Positions 38,202-49,514 of a stretch of 64,000 bases of DNA are shown here, piece by piece (position 1 is the stretch's first letter; the number at the start of each line of letters is the position of its first letter). The position numbers were made by a program, and so were the translations under genes. Source of the DNA: Gammaproteobacteria bacterium (GTDB lineage Bacteria; Pseudomonadota; Gammaproteobacteria; VBWC01); NCBI GenBank assembly GCA_006218035.1, contig VBWC01000010.1:75572-139571 (forward strand), given 5' to 3'. The notes under the pieces were generated by a model. The model was not told the DNA's origin and made no database searches. It saw nothing but the letters and a program-made list of their open reading frames with translations.

Positions 38202-39541
38202 GGCGATGGCTGCCCCCCGGCGACGCCGGCGTTGTCCATATCCATGTCCGACATATCGAGCGCGGCCGCCGGCGCCGCCACCGGCGCGGGTTCACGCATC
38301 TTGCCGACCGCCTCGCGCAGCTTCGATTCGGAATCGATCAGGAACTGCGCCGACGTCACCACGATGTCATCAACACTCACGCCGGCGCGAATCTCGGTCC
38401 ACCCTTCGGCGCTGACGCCGATCTGCACCTCGCGCGGCTCGAACTTGCCCGGCGCACGCATGATGAATACCTGTTCACGCGCACCGGAGCGCACCACCGC
38501 CTCACTCGGGACGGCGATTGCGTTCAGCGTGCGTCCGCCGCGCAGCGTCACCTCGGCGAACATGTCAGGCTTTAACAGACCGTCACGATTGGCAAACTCG
38601 AGACGCAAGCGTACGGTCCGCGTCTTGGCATCGACGGTCGGGTAGATGTAGGTGACCTTGCCTTCGACCGCGCGTCCCGGCGCGGCATTGACGCGCATCT
38701 GCGCGTTGTCACCGACATGGACCCACGGCAGCTCGTTTTCATAGATATCCACGTATACCCACAGGCGCTCGAGATCGGCAATCTGGTACAACTCGGTTGC
38801 CGGCGTGACGTATTGACCGGGCCGTGCGCCGATACTGACCACGACACCGTCGAACGGCGAATGGATGTGCAGGTTCTTTATCACCTTGTTACTGCGTTCG
38901 AGTTCGAGGATTTGATGCTCGGGCATGTCGAGCAGTTCAAGACGGCCGCGCGCTGCGTCCACCAGTTGGCTCGCATTGCGTTGCAGCTCCGGGTAGGTGC
39001 TGTCCTTCAGCGCCGTGCGATTCTGCAGCGCGAGCAGATACTCCTGTTGCGCGGTCACCAGTTGCGGGGAATACAGGCTGAGCAGCACCGTGCCACGGCG
39101 CACGCGCTCCCCGGTGGTGGAGACCATCAGCTTGTCCACCCAACCCTCGGTCTTGGGATTGAGCCGCGCCAGACCTTCCTCGTTGTAGTCGACCCGGCCG
39201 GCCGCGCGGATGGTGTGACCCATCGTCCGCCGTTCTGCGCGCGCGGTACGCACGCCGATGTTCTGCACGGTGACCGGATCGATTTTCACGGTCCCGGCAG
39301 GACCAGGCGTGTCGTCGGCGTAGACGGGGATATAGTCCATGTTCATGTTGTCCTTCACCGGCACCGGCGACGTAATCTGCGGATTCATCGGGTGGCGGTA
39401 AAACAGCGGCCGCGCGGCAGCCGGTTGCACTTGCGGGGACGCCGCCATGTCGTGCGGCGTCCCCGTCCGCGCGAACCAGTAACCGCCAGCGGCGCCGAGC
39501 GCGAGCGTCACCAGCGCGACAACGATAATCTGCCTATTCAT
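38198..39541 (-). CDS. cusB: CusB-type RND periplasmic adaptor
   Basis: YRHPMNP...KDNMNMD N-terminal metal site and QFLIDSES. Confidence 0.92.
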   Translation of the reverse strand: MNRQIIVVALVTLALGAAGGYWFARTGTPHDMAASPQVQPAAARPLFYRHPMNPQITSPVPVKDNMNMDYIPVYADDTPGPAGTVKIDPVTVQNIGVRTARAERRTMGHTIRAAGRVDYNEEGLARLNPKTEGWVDKLMVSTTGERVRRGTVLLSLYSPQLVTAQQEYLLALQNRTALKDSTYPELQRNASQLVDAARGRLELLDMPEHQILELERSNKVIKNLHIHSPFDGVVVSIGARPGQYVTPATELYQIADLERLWVYVDIYENELPWVHVGDNAQMRVNAAPGRAVEGKVTYIYPTVDAKTRTVRLRLEFANRDGLLKPDMFAEVTLRGGRTLNAIAVPSEAVVRSGAREQVFIMRAPGKFEPREVQIGVSAEGWTEIRAGVSVDDIVVTSAQFLIDSESKLREAVGKMREPAPVAAPAAALDMSDMDMDNAGVAGGQPSP

Positions 39542-40796
39542 ACACCTGCTCCTCGCCCACCGTTGCTATCAGCTGCGCCAGCGCGGTCCATGCGTCGCCT
39601 AACGCCCGCCAGTAACGGATCTCGTATTCGAATACGGTGATCTGGGCCCCGGCAAGATTAAGAAAATCCACCTTGCCCACCTGGTAACCGGCGAGCATCG
39701 ATGCGACCGTCAGCGACGCCTGCGGCAACACACCGCTTTTGAGCAGACTCACCTGCTCGCGGGCGCGCTCGTAATCGGCACGCGCGGCCGCCACATCCGC
39801 GGCGAGTCGCGCCTCCAGATCCTGTAGTCCGTAGCGCTGCATCAACAGTTCCGCGTTACGTTGACCCACAACACGATCCTGCCGGCTGCCCGATCGCAAC
39901 GGCAGACTCATCGCAAACATCGCGCTTTTCATGTCCGTACTGCCGTCGCGCCACTCGTAATTGGCGCCCACCATGAAATCAGGACGGTAGTCCTTGCGCG
40001 CGAGGTCGGCCTGCGTGGCAGCGGCATCGACCTGCCGCTGCTGTGCAGCCAGCAGCGGACGAGCAGCGAGCGCCTGATCGATTAGCGTTTGCTCCTGCGC
40101 TACCAACGGCAGATTCTCGTTGGCCTGCACAGGCAGAGTGACCGGCGTCGCTGGGGAGCGGTAAAGCAATGCGTTAAGTTTCGCGAGAGCAGCACGACGT
40201 TCGCCGTTAAGGCCGATCTCTTCCTCAAAAAGTTTCGACAGCTCCAGTTGTGCCAGAAGCACATCCTGCTGCAACCCCTGACCGACGCGATAGCGTGTTT
40301 CCGCGACGCTGATCAGCTGGCGCATTACGTCAAGATTGCGATGATGTATCTCCAGCGCGCGATCAATCGAAAACAGTCGCCACCATACCTGTTTCACCTG
40401 AGCGGTCAGTACCAGCGCGCCTTCGGTCGCTTCGAAACCGGCTGCCTCGGCCCGATATTCGGCCGCCTGCCGGGCGAGATTCCGTTTGCCGGGATACGGC
40501 AGTGCCTGGGTGATGCCGAGTTTTAACTGACTCATGTCCGCGCGGCCCGGCTCGGCCGTCAACCACGGATCGGGCAGCGCGCCGGCCTGCTCCGGCATTT
40601 CCGCCGCCGCCCGGGCCTGGGCCCGCGTCGCGGCCCACCCGGGATTATTGGCAAGCGCCGTCTGCACCGCCTGATCGAGATCCAGCACGGCATTTGACGC
40701 CTCGGCGGCACTCGCGCCTGGCGGGCCGGTGAGAAAAAGACCGGCAAGCGCTGCGGCAACCAGACCGACAGCTGTTCCGTTAACGATAAATTTCAT
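39534..40796 (-). CDS. TolC/CusC family outer-membrane factor
   Basis: LPDP, PYPGKR and YQVGKVDFL OMF motifs; first gene of the RND triad. Confidence 0.9.
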   Translation of the reverse strand: MKFIVNGTAVGLVAAALAGLFLTGPPGASAAEASNAVLDLDQAVQTALANNPGWAATRAQARAAAEMPEQAGALPDPWLTAEPGRADMSQLKLGITQALPYPGKRNLARQAAEYRAEAAGFEATEGALVLTAQVKQVWWRLFSIDRALEIHHRNLDVMRQLISVAETRYRVGQGLQQDVLLAQLELSKLFEEEIGLNGERRAALAKLNALLYRSPATPVTLPVQANENLPLVAQEQTLIDQALAARPLLAAQQRQVDAAATQADLARKDYRPDFMVGANYEWRDGSTDMKSAMFAMSLPLRSGSRQDRVVGQRNAELLMQRYGLQDLEARLAADVAAARADYERAREQVSLLKSGVLPQASLTVASMLAGYQVGKVDFLNLAGAQITVFEYEIRYWRALGDAWTALAQLIATVGEEQVYE

Positions 40797-41001
40797 CGAC
40801 CAACTCCTTGAGACCGCAGTTGCTGTGTTCGTGGCGCTGCTGCCCGCTTACCGACGGGTGACACGCCCCGTTCGACCGGGGTGCGAAAACCGCGGATCGG
40901 CGCTCGACAACAACGCATATAACAACCTGTAACGAACAGGCAAAGACCGGCATTGAAACAGTACCGACGCGCCGGGTTAAATCAGCACGGCGCCGAAGTG
41001 A

Positions 41002-41370
41002 TCAGACGGAACGCGGGGGTTTGAAGTGAATTAGCGTGATGGATGTGACAGAAGGATTCGTACGATCGGAATGCGGCAGCGCCTGCTTGTCGGCAACCAT
41101 GCCGAACACCAACAAAACCGCAACGCAGTGACCACAGGACGGGCAACTATTGGACGTTTGCTTATCGCAGCCAGTGTCGGACATCGCGACGTCCTGCGCG
41201 CTACCGGCATCCATATCAGGATGATCATGCGCCATCATCGACACCGGATGATCCACAGCACCGGACACATGGCTGTCCATCATGGGCATTGCCCATGCGT
41301 TGCCCGCCTGTGCAGCAACCAGCGCGACAATCAATAAGACGCCAAGGGTTCTTTTGTGTGAGGGGTTCAT
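41002..41370 (-). CDS. Small exported metal-binding protein (CopL/DUF2946-like)
   Basis: Signal peptide, Met/His-rich, CxxCxxC and C-terminal KPPR; typical upstream of cus operons. Confidence 0.6.
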   Translation of the reverse strand: MNPSHKRTLGVLLIVALVAAQAGNAWAMPMMDSHVSGAVDHPVSMMAHDHPDMDAGSAQDVAMSDTGCDKQTSNSCPSCGHCVAVLLVFGMVADKQALPHSDRTNPSVTSITLIHFKPPRSV

Positions 41371-41474
41371 GCCCTGACAGGATAGGCCAGATACGTTCTT
41401 TGTCAACCGGTGTAACGACTGATCACCGGCCTGTCGTCACCGGCCACACGATATCGTAATACAAAATTAACGGG

Positions 41475-42389
41475 TTAACCCTGCCCCGGAACCGAAATTA
41501 ACCCCGCTCCCTCGGTGAGGACGAACTCCTTGAACGCCTGCGCCACGGGCGACAACCGCTTGCCGCGCCAGTGAACGATATACCAGTGGCGCATGATCGG
41601 GAACGACTGAACATCCAGCACCACCAGCCGTTTTGTCTCCAGTTCAAGGCCCAAGGTGTGCATCGACACAATACCCAGACCGAGCCCCGCCTGGACGGCC
41701 TGTTTGATCGCTTCGTTACTGCTCATTTCCATGCCGGTTGCCAGGCGCACACCCTGCGCGGAAAAAAAACGCTCCATCGCGATACGTGTACCGGACCCTT
41801 GTTCGCGCACCACAAACGTTTCGTGCTGCAAATCCGCCAGCGGAATATTCTGCCGTCCGACCAGCGCGTGTCCCGGTGACGCAATAATCACCAGCGGATT
41901 ATCCATGAACGGCTCGGCGACCAGGTCCATCTGGGCCGGCGGGCGTCCCATGATCACCAGGTCTTTTTCATTGGATTCGAGCTGCTTGAGCAGGCCTTCG
42001 CGATTGGTCACGTCGAGACTGATGGTGACCGCCGCGTGGCTTCCGCTGAAGGTCGCCAGCAGACGTGGCGCGAAATAGTTCGCGGTGCTCGCGACCGCGA
42101 TGGCGAGCCGGCCGCGCTGCACCCCTTTCAGGGAATCGATGACGGTATCGGCTTCCTCGAGCTGCTGGGCGATCACGCGACTGTAGTGATACATCTCCCG
42201 TCCCGCCTCGGTCAGGTAGATCTGCTTGCCGATCTGCTCGAATAAGGGCAGGCCGACGTTATTCTCCAGCTGTTTGATCTGCATCGAGACCGCCGGCTGG
42301 GTCAGATGCATCTCTTCGGCCGCCCGCGTGAAATTCAGGTGCCGCGCGACGGCAGCAAAAACCTTTAGTTGCCTGAGAGTTAGGTGCAT
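41475..42389 (-). CDS. cbbR: LysR-type regulator CbbR
   Basis: LysR HTH, REQGSGTR and SNEAIKQAV; divergent from cbbL. Confidence 0.93.
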   Translation of the reverse strand: MHLTLRQLKVFAAVARHLNFTRAAEEMHLTQPAVSMQIKQLENNVGLPLFEQIGKQIYLTEAGREMYHYSRVIAQQLEEADTVIDSLKGVQRGRLAIAVASTANYFAPRLLATFSGSHAAVTISLDVTNREGLLKQLESNEKDLVIMGRPPAQMDLVAEPFMDNPLVIIASPGHALVGRQNIPLADLQHETFVVREQGSGTRIAMERFFSAQGVRLATGMEMSSNEAIKQAVQAGLGLGIVSMHTLGLELETKRLVVLDVQSFPIMRHWYIVHWRGKRLSPVAQAFKEFVLTEGAGLISVPGQG

Positions 42390-42401
42390 GGATACCGCTT
42401 G

Positions 42402-42450
42402 ATAAGATATAACTTATGGTTCATATCATAATTATTGAATTTACTTTATG
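42402..42450. promoter_or_regulatory. Probable CbbR operator / divergent cbbR-cbbL promoter
   Basis: ATAAG-N6-CTTAT inverted repeat (TNA-N8-TNA) next to the cbbR start in an AT-rich tract. Confidence 0.6.
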
Positions 42451-42596
42451 TCAATCGGCCCCGATAATCCGCTGGCGATAGACAACCGGGCCGGTTCATC
42501 GAGAAACACAGCGCTGAGCAGACCCTTTAGTTATCAACCACTAACAACCAGTACACCGATCAGGCGTATATACCTATATATAGGAGGAAGCTGGTA

Positions 42597-44015
42597 ATGG
42601 CCAAGACTTATAACGCGGGCGTCAAAGACTACCGTGAAACATACTGGATGCCCGACTACACCCCGAACGCGACGGACATCCTCGCCGTTTTCAAGATCAC
42701 CCCACAGGCCGGCGTCCCGCGCGAAGAAGCGGCTGCCGCCGTTGCCGCCGAATCATCGACCGGTACCTGGACGACCGTCTGGACCGATCTGCTGACCGAT
42801 CTGGACTACTACAAGGGCCGCGCCTACGCCATTGAAGACGTACCGGGCGACGACACCTGTTTCTATGCCTTTATCGCCTATCCGATCGACCTGTTCGAGG
42901 AAGGCTCCGTTGTTAACGTATTCACGTCGCTGGTCGGTAACGTATTCGGCTTCAAGGCGATCCGTGCACTGCGCCTGGAAGATGTGCGTTTCCCGATCGC
43001 TTATGTCAAGACCTGCGGTGGTCCGCCGCACGGCATTCAGGTCGAGCGCGACATGCTCAACAAGTACGGCCGCGCATTGCTCGGCTGCACCATCAAGCCC
43101 AAGCTCGGTCTGTCCGCCAAGAACTACGGCCGCGCCGTGTATGAATGTCTGCGTGGCGGCCTGGACCTGACCAAGGACGACGAAAACGTCAACAGCCAGC
43201 CGTTCATGCGCTGGCGCCAGCGCTTCGACTTCGTGATGGAAGCCATCCACAAGGCCGAACGCGAAACCGGCGAGCGCAAGGGCCATTACCTGAACGTGAC
43301 CGCGCCGACCCCGGAAGAGATGTACAAGCGTGCCGAGTACGCCAAGGAAATCGGCGCACCGATCATCATGCACGACTACATCACCGGCGGCTTCTGCGCC
43401 AACACGGGCCTGGCCAACTGGTGCCGCAACAATGGCATCCTGCTGCACATCCACCGCGCGATGCACGCCGTTATTGACCGGGATAAGCACCACGGTATCC
43501 ACTTCCGCGTGCTGGCCAAGATCCTGCGCCTGTCCGGTGGTGACCACCTGCACTCCGGCACGGTCGTTGGCAAGCTGGAAGGCGACCGCGCCGCGACCTT
43601 GGGCTGGATCGACCTGATGCGCGAACGGTTCATCAAGGAAGACCGCTCGCGCGGTATCTTCTTCGATCAGGACTGGGGCTCTATGCCCGGCGTGTTCCCG
43701 GTGGCATCCGGCGGGATCCACGTCTGGCACATGCCGGCACTGGTCGCGATCTTCGGCGACGACGCCTGTCTGCAGTTCGGCGGCGGCACGCTGGGCCACC
43801 CGTGGGGTAATGCGGCGGGTGCGGCGGCCAACCGCGTCGCGCTCGAGGCCTGTGTTGAAGCGCGTAACCAGGGGCGCGCCATCGAGAAAGAAGGCAAGGA
43901 AATCCTGATCAACGCGGCGAAGAGCAGCCCCGAGCTGAAGATGGCGATGGAGACCTGGAAGGAAATCAAGTTCGAGTTCGACACCGTCGACAAGCTTGAC
44001 GTTGCCCACAAGTGA
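42597..44015 (+). CDS. cbbL: RuBisCO large subunit, form IA(q)
   Basis: [16 protein letters not shown] catalytic motif and green-like sequence. Confidence 0.98.
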   Translation: MAKTYNAGVKDYRETYWMPDYTPNATDILAVFKITPQAGVPREEAAAAVAAESSTGTWTTVWTDLLTDLDYYKGRAYAIEDVPGDDTCFYAFIAYPIDLFEEGSVVNVFTSLVGNVFGFKAIRALRLEDVRFPIAYVKTCGGPPHGIQVERDMLNKYGRALLGCTIKPKLGLSAKNYGRAVYECLRGGLDLTKDDENVNSQPFMRWRQRFDFVMEAIHKAERETGERKGHYLNVTAPTPEEMYKRAEYAKEIGAPIIMHDYITGGFCANTGLANWCRNNGILLHIHRAMHAVIDRDKHHGIHFRVLAKILRLSGGDHLHSGTVVGKLEGDRAATLGWIDLMRERFIKEDRSRGIFFDQDWGSMPGVFPVASGGIHVWHMPALVAIFGDDACLQFGGGTLGHPWGNAAGAAANRVALEACVEARNQGRAIEKEGKEILINAAKSSPELKMAMETWKEIKFEFDTVDKLDVAHK

Positions 44016-44019
44016 CGCA

Positions 44020-44058
44020 GTCATCCCGGACGCGCCGCAGGCGCGATCCGGGATCCAG
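44020..44058. repeat. REP-like stem-loop between cbbL and cbbS
   Basis: GTCATCCCGGACGCGCC-GCA-GGCGCGATCCGGGATCCAG. Confidence 0.6.
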
Positions 44059-44086
44059 CCAACGTTATTAAATTGAGGTCGAAACA

Positions 44087-44446
44087 ATGAGTGAGATGCA
44101 AGATTACAAGTCGAGCTTGACCGACACGGCGAGCCGCAAGTTTGAAACGTTTTCGTACCTGCCGCCGATGGACAAGGCCGGTATCCGCAAGCAGGTGGAA
44201 TACATTGTCAGCAAGGGCTGGAACCCGGCGCTCGAACACACCGAACCGGCCAATGCCTTTGATCACTACTGGTACATGTGGAAGCTGCCGATGTTCGGTG
44301 AAACCAATGTCGACAGGATATTGGCCGAGGCCGACGCCTGTCACAAGGCGCACCCGAACAACCACGTGCGGCTGGTTGGCTACGACAACTCCGCACAATC
44401 GCAGGGTGCGGCGATGGTCGTTTACCGCGGCCCGATCAAGGCCTGA
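44087..44446 (+). CDS. cbbS: RuBisCO small subunit
   Basis: [10 protein letters not shown] and [11 protein letters not shown]. Confidence 0.97.
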   Translation: MSEMQDYKSSLTDTASRKFETFSYLPPMDKAGIRKQVEYIVSKGWNPALEHTEPANAFDHYWYMWKLPMFGETNVDRILAEADACHKAHPNNHVRLVGYDNSAQSQGAAMVVYRGPIKA

Positions 44447-44463
44447 TCTCGCGGTAACCCCCG

Positions 44464-44502
44464 AAAGCCCCTGCCCGATTGTTCCGGACAGGGGCTTTTT
44501 TT
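44464..44502 (+). terminator. Rho-independent terminator after cbbS
   Basis: AAAGCCCCTG...CAGGGGCTTTTTTT. Confidence 0.85.
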
Positions 44503-44578
44503 ATGGCCGCACCCGCCAGCCGTCGTGACGGTTGCCGGGGGGAAATTCCAGCATTCGGCTTTTTGTTATTAACCATCC

Positions 44579-45403
44579 ATGACGGGTAACAAAATGAGCG
44601 CCAACGACTCCGACCAGTACAACATCAAGAAAGAACCGTATTACCGCACCGTCGGTGACGAGGTGCGACTCTACGAAGCGGCCTACGCGGCACGCATGCC
44701 GATCATGCTGAAAGGACCGACCGGCTGCGGTAAGACGCGCTTCGTCGAATACATGGCGTGGAAACTGAAACGCCCGCTGGTGACGGTCGCCTGCAACGAG
44801 GACATGACGGCCTCGGACCTGGTCGGACGCTTCCTGCTCGACGCGACCGGTACGCGCTGGCAGGACGGCCCGCTGACGGTTGCGGCGCGCCTCGGCGCGA
44901 TCTGCTATCTCGATGAAGTCGTCGAGGCGCGCCAGGACACCACCGTGGTGATCCATCCGCTGACCGACCACCGCCGCATGCTGCCGCTCGACAAAAAAGG
45001 CGAGCTGGTCAACGCGCATGCCGATTTTCAACTGGTGATCTCCTATAACCCGGGCTACCAGAATCTGATGAAGGATCTGAAGCAGTCGACCAAGCAGCGT
45101 TTTGGCGCGCTCGACTTCGCCTATCCGGAAACGACGATCGAGGCGGAGGTGGTGGCGCATGAGGCCGGCATCGACAGCGACACGGCACACAAGCTGGTGC
45201 AGATCGCGCATCGCGCGCGCAACCTGAAGGGCCACGGGCTTGACGAAGGCATCTCGACGCGGCTGCTCGTCTACGCCGGCAACCTGATCAACAAGGGCAT
45301 CGAACCGAAAGCGGCGTGCATGATGGCGCTGGTGCGCCCGATAACCGATGATCCGGACATACGCGAAACGCTCGATGCTGCCGTCGGCGCCTTTTTCCAG
45401 TAA
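44579..45403 (+). CDS. cbbQ: RuBisCO activase AAA+ ATPase CbbQ
   Basis: [18 protein letters not shown] and ISYNPGYQ. Confidence 0.95.
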   Translation: MTGNKMSANDSDQYNIKKEPYYRTVGDEVRLYEAAYAARMPIMLKGPTGCGKTRFVEYMAWKLKRPLVTVACNEDMTASDLVGRFLLDATGTRWQDGPLTVAARLGAICYLDEVVEARQDTTVVIHPLTDHRRMLPLDKKGELVNAHADFQLVISYNPGYQNLMKDLKQSTKQRFGALDFAYPETTIEAEVVAHEAGIDSDTAHKLVQIAHRARNLKGHGLDEGISTRLLVYAGNLINKGIEPKAACMMALVRPITDDPDIRETLDAAVGAFFQ

Positions 45404-45437
45404 CCGGCACCGCCACTGAACCGGAACGGCCAGCACC

Positions 45438-47774
45438 GTGAGCGTCAAACTCGAAGACTACCGGGAATTGCTCGAGGACATCGATCCTCACGTTCACGAT
45501 ACACTCGAATCCAGCTTTGTCGAGGCCGCGCGCGTCATGTCGCCGCGCGGCCTTGCCAACTACCTCGAAGGCGCGCGGGCCTTGAGCCGGCTCGGCCGTG
45601 GCTCGGACCTCGTGATCGAATATCTGCAGGAAATGCCCGCTGTAGCGAAAGAGGTCGGTGACGACATCGTCGCTGATTGCGTCGCGCACGCAATGAAGCT
45701 GTCGTCGATGACCAGTGGCGAGATCATTACCTTGATGTTCTCCAGCCTGCCGACCGCCGCCCGGCGGCTCGGCGATGCGGACCTGCTGAAATCCTATCTC
45801 GGTCTGCTGCATCAACTGTCGGCCAGGGCGCCGCGTGGCCTGCGGCCGATGCTGTCGCGCATCGATGAACTGTTCTCGAAACTGACGCTGGGCGGCATGC
45901 GCCGCTGGGCCCTCTGGGGCGCGCAGGTGCACGGGCGGGATTTCAAGGCGCTGACCGAATATTTCAGCCTCCAGTCGGCGGACAGTATCGCCGTGCTGAA
46001 GAAGGAACGCCGCGGCACGCTTTTTATCGATCAACAGCGCAAACTGAATTTCTACCTGCGTGCCTTCTGGGGCCGCGATTTCTTCCTCAGACCCACCTCG
46101 GGCGATCACGAAAAACGCGAGGGGCTGCGGCCGTTCATCGAGCAGCGCGTGATTCACCTCGCCGACGCCTATGACGATTTCGGCGGGCTGCCCGGCAAGG
46201 AACTGTACCGCGCCGCGGCGGCGCATGCCGCGGCCCATCTGGTTTACACGCGTGAGCCGATCTCGGCCGAAGCACTGTCGCCGGCGCAGATGGTGTTCAT
46301 CGGCCTGTTCGAGGACGCACGCGTGCAACAGCTCGCCATACGCGAAATTCCCGGCCTTAAGCAGCTATGGGTATCGTTTCATCGGGCACTTCTGGACATG
46401 GAACCGGCGGCTGACGATGTCGTCGCCATGCTTGAGCGCGCCGCCCATGCATTGCTGGATGACGATTACCAGGACGAGGACGCGCTGATCGTTGAAACCG
46501 CGGCAGCGTTTCGCGCAGAGTTCGCGCGGCGGCCGCAAGACAACCAGTTGAGTTGGGATCTCGGCGTCACGCTGTTTAACCAGCTCGGTGCGCGTATGGC
46601 TTTACCCAGCCTGCGTGTACTCGAATCGATACGGATTCCCTACCAGGACGACAACCGCTACATCTGGGCGTTCGACGAGGCTGGCTGGGATGAGGCGGAG
46701 TACGTTTCCGCCAGCCAGCGTCAGGTGCGCAAGACCGTGAATGTCATGGAAATGGCCAACGAGGTCGACTGCGAGCTCGCCGGCGACGATGCGCAGGAGA
46801 TCTGGCGGCTGGAAACGCCGTTTTATCTCGATCAGGAAGGCTGCACGATCAACCAACTCGAAGGCAAGGAACCGGTCGCCGAACCGGCGCACTACCATGA
46901 GTGGGATTATCAGGTGCAACTGCATCGCCCCGACTGGGTTACGGTGCTGGAGAAACGCCAGCCGAAGGGCGACCCTGCACTGATCGATACTGCGCTCGCT
47001 GAATACAAACCCATCGCGAGCCGCCTGAAACATATCATCGACGCCGTGCAACCGCAGGGCGTGATTCGCCAGCGACGCCAGGAAGACGGCGACGATATCG
47101 ACATCAACGCCGCCATCCGCGCGATGGTCGACCTGCGCATGGGCATCACGCCGGACCCGCGCATCAATATTCGTTATATCCGCAAGACACGCGACCTGGC
47201 GGTACTGGTGTTGCTTGATCTGTCCGAATCCACCAACGAATCCCTGACGGGTTCCGACCGTCCGGTGCTGCAACTGGCGCGCGAGGCAACGGCGTTATTG
47301 GGCTGGGCGATCGATGCCATCGGCGATCCGTTCGCGATCCACGGCTTTGCGTCCGACGGCCGGCATGACGTCCAGTATTACCGCCTCAAGGATTTTGACC
47401 AGCCGTACGATGCTACCGTCAAGGCGCGGCTGGCCGGCATGCAGGGCAAACTGTCGACCCGCATGGGCGGGGCATTACGCCACGCCGGGCAATTTCTGCA
47501 GCGCCAGCCACAACGTAAAAAACTGATCCTGCTGGTGTCGGACGGCGAACCGGCCGACATCGACGAACGTGATCCGCAATATCTGCGGCACGATACCAAA
47601 AATGCCGTTGACGAGCTGTCGCGTAACGGTATCGTGACTTACTGTCTGACGCTTGACCCCGAGGCCGATGACTATGTTTCACGCATTTTCGGCGTCAAGG
47701 GGTATACCGTCGTTGATCATGTACAACGCCTTCCGGAAAAACTGCCTGGCCTGTTCATGTCGCTGACTACCTGA
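45438..47774 (+). CDS. cbbO: RuBisCO activation VWA protein CbbO
   Basis: C-terminal VWA domain (DLSES, DGEPAD); follows cbbQ. Confidence 0.95.
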   Translation: MSVKLEDYRELLEDIDPHVHDTLESSFVEAARVMSPRGLANYLEGARALSRLGRGSDLVIEYLQEMPAVAKEVGDDIVADCVAHAMKLSSMTSGEIITLMFSSLPTAARRLGDADLLKSYLGLLHQLSARAPRGLRPMLSRIDELFSKLTLGGMRRWALWGAQVHGRDFKALTEYFSLQSADSIAVLKKERRGTLFIDQQRKLNFYLRAFWGRDFFLRPTSGDHEKREGLRPFIEQRVIHLADAYDDFGGLPGKELYRAAAAHAAAHLVYTREPISAEALSPAQMVFIGLFEDARVQQLAIREIPGLKQLWVSFHRALLDMEPAADDVVAMLERAAHALLDDDYQDEDALIVETAAAFRAEFARRPQDNQLSWDLGVTLFNQLGARMALPSLRVLESIRIPYQDDNRYIWAFDEAGWDEAEYVSASQRQVRKTVNVMEMANEVDCELAGDDAQEIWRLETPFYLDQEGCTINQLEGKEPVAEPAHYHEWDYQVQLHRPDWVTVLEKRQPKGDPALIDTALAEYKPIASRLKHIIDAVQPQGVIRQRRQEDGDDIDINAAIRAMVDLRMGITPDPRINIRYIRKTRDLAVLVLLDLSESTNESLTGSDRPVLQLAREATALLGWAIDAIGDPFAIHGFASDGRHDVQYYRLKDFDQPYDATVKARLAGMQGKLSTRMGGALRHAGQFLQRQPQRKKLILLVSDGEPADIDERDPQYLRHDTKNAVDELSRNGIVTYCLTLDPEADDYVSRIFGVKGYTVVDHVQRLPEKLPGLFMSLTT

Positions 47775-47788
47775 CCGGGTGCGTAACA

Positions 47789-48211
47789 GTGAAATCCAGA
47801 ATCGAAAACCTGCCGGCCTATGAAATCAGAAAATCCTCGGTCAGCGCGCGATATTTCAACCGCGTGCGCGTCGCGTTGTCGCGTCTGGGCGGCCCGCTGC
47901 GCCTGCCGCTGACCAACCTGCGCGACCTGGGCATCTATCTGGATGAAGAGTTGTGGGTGTGCTTCGACGGCAGCCTGAACGATATCCCGGTGATCGCGTG
48001 GACCGATTTCGATACGGCGAGTCGCGCTGGCGTGCACGACGAGGCGTCATGCACGCTGCGTCTGTATCACAACCATGCCGAGGTGATCATCGACAAAGTC
48101 CTCGCTACCGTCTACGATCTGCTCGACAAGAAATTGGATGAAACCGGATTGCCGCGCGACGGCGGCGTGACCAGCCTGACAGGGCGACTAAAGCACGTCG
48201 ACAAGGATTGA
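47789..48211 (+). CDS. Conserved hypothetical protein downstream of cbbO
   Basis: Compact ORF 14 bp after the cbbO stop, with protein-like composition. Confidence 0.65.
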   Translation: MKSRIENLPAYEIRKSSVSARYFNRVRVALSRLGGPLRLPLTNLRDLGIYLDEELWVCFDGSLNDIPVIAWTDFDTASRAGVHDEASCTLRLYHNHAEVIIDKVLATVYDLLDKKLDETGLPRDGGVTSLTGRLKHVDKD

Positions 48212-48299
48212 GCGCGCAAGCCAATACCCGTCTATCGATACGATAACGGCCATGACCATGATCCCCTACCCCTGACCTTTTTGGAACTGTGGTAATCCT

Positions 48300-49514
48300 G
48301 TGACCCAAACCGCCAAAGAAGAGCCCATCGTCACGATCGAACTCGACGGCAAGCGCGCAACGCTGCTTGGCACCGCGCACGTGTCGCGCGCCAGCGCGGA
48401 CAAGGTTCGGCAGATGCTGGCCACCGGCGAGTATGATGCTGTCGCGGTCGAGCTTTGCCCGAGCCGCCACAGGGGCATCGTGCAACCGGACAACCTGGCG
48501 AAGATGGACTTGCTCGATATGCTGCGCAAGGGCAAAACCTCCATGGTCGCCGCAAATCTCGCACTTGGCGCCTATCAGCAGCGTCTCGCGGAACAGTTCG
48601 GTATTGAACCGGGTGCCGAAATGCGTGCCGCGATTGAGTCGGCGAGCGAGCGGCATTTGCCGGTACTGCTGCTCGACCGCGATATCGGCGTCACGTTGAA
48701 GCGCATTTATCGCGGTATTCCGTGGTGGCATCGCATCCGGCTCGTGGCCGGCCTGTTCGCAAGCGTCATTTCCAGCGACAAAATCAGCGAGGAGGAAATC
48801 GAACGGCTGAAAGAAGGCGATATTCTTGAAACGGCGTTCTCCGAATTCGCCGCGCGGGAACGCGACCTGTACCGGCCGCTGATTGACGAGCGCGACCGTT
48901 ACATGGCGGCGCGCCTGCTCGATGCGTTGAAGAACGGCGAGCAGAAAAATCTGCTGGCGGTTGTGGGCGCCGGGCATCTCAACGGGATGAAGCGTCATCT
49001 GGAAGAACAGCGGTCACTGCCGGTCGAGTCCTTGAACTCCAATATCCGCCAGCTGGAAACAGTCCCTCCGGCCGGAAAATTCCTCAAGATACTGCCGTGG
49101 GCCATCGCCGCGCTGATTGTGACGGGATTTGTCGCCGGATTTTCGCAGAGCCCCAGTCTTGGCTGGCACATGGTCGGCGACTGGGTGCTGATCACCGGCG
49201 GCCTCGCGGCACTCGGCGGACTGATTGCGCTGGCGCATCCGTTAACCATAGTCTCGGCATTCCTCGCCGCACCGATTACAACGCTCCACCCGATGATCGG
49301 TGTCGGGATGGTCACAGCCCCGGTCGAGCTGTTTATCAGAAAACCCACCGTCGGCGATTTCAGCGCCTTGCGCCACGATACTGCCCATCTGAAGGGTTGG
49401 TGGAAAAACCGTGTCGCGCGCGTTCTGCTGGTCTTCACATTGACCACGTTCGGAGCGGCTGCCGGTACCTATCTGGCGGGTTTCCGCATTTTCGGCCGGT
49501 TGACGGGTAACTGA
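48300..49514 (+). CDS. TraB/GumN family protein
   Basis: LGTAHVS, VELC, ERDRYMA, VVGAGH and C-terminal TMs. Confidence 0.9.
   Translation: MTQTAKEEPIVTIELDGKRATLLGTAHVSRASADKVRQMLATGEYDAVAVELCPSRHRGIVQPDNLAKMDLLDMLRKGKTSMVAANLALGAYQQRLAEQFGIEPGAEMRAAIESASERHLPVLLLDRDIGVTLKRIYRGIPWWHRIRLVAGLFASVISSDKISEEEIERLKEGDILETAFSEFAARERDLYRPLIDERDRYMAARLLDALKNGEQKNLLAVVGAGHLNGMKRHLEEQRSLPVESLNSNIRQLETVPPAGKFLKILPWAIAALIVTGFVAGFSQSPSLGWHMVGDWVLITGGLAALGGLIALAHPLTIVSAFLAAPITTLHPMIGVGMVTAPVELFIRKPTVGDFSALRHDTAHLKGWWKNRVARVLLVFTLTTFGAAAGTYLAGFRIFGRLTGN

Noticed and set aside
42753..44087. 444-aa minus-strand ORF
   Set aside because: Antisense to the unambiguous cbbL.
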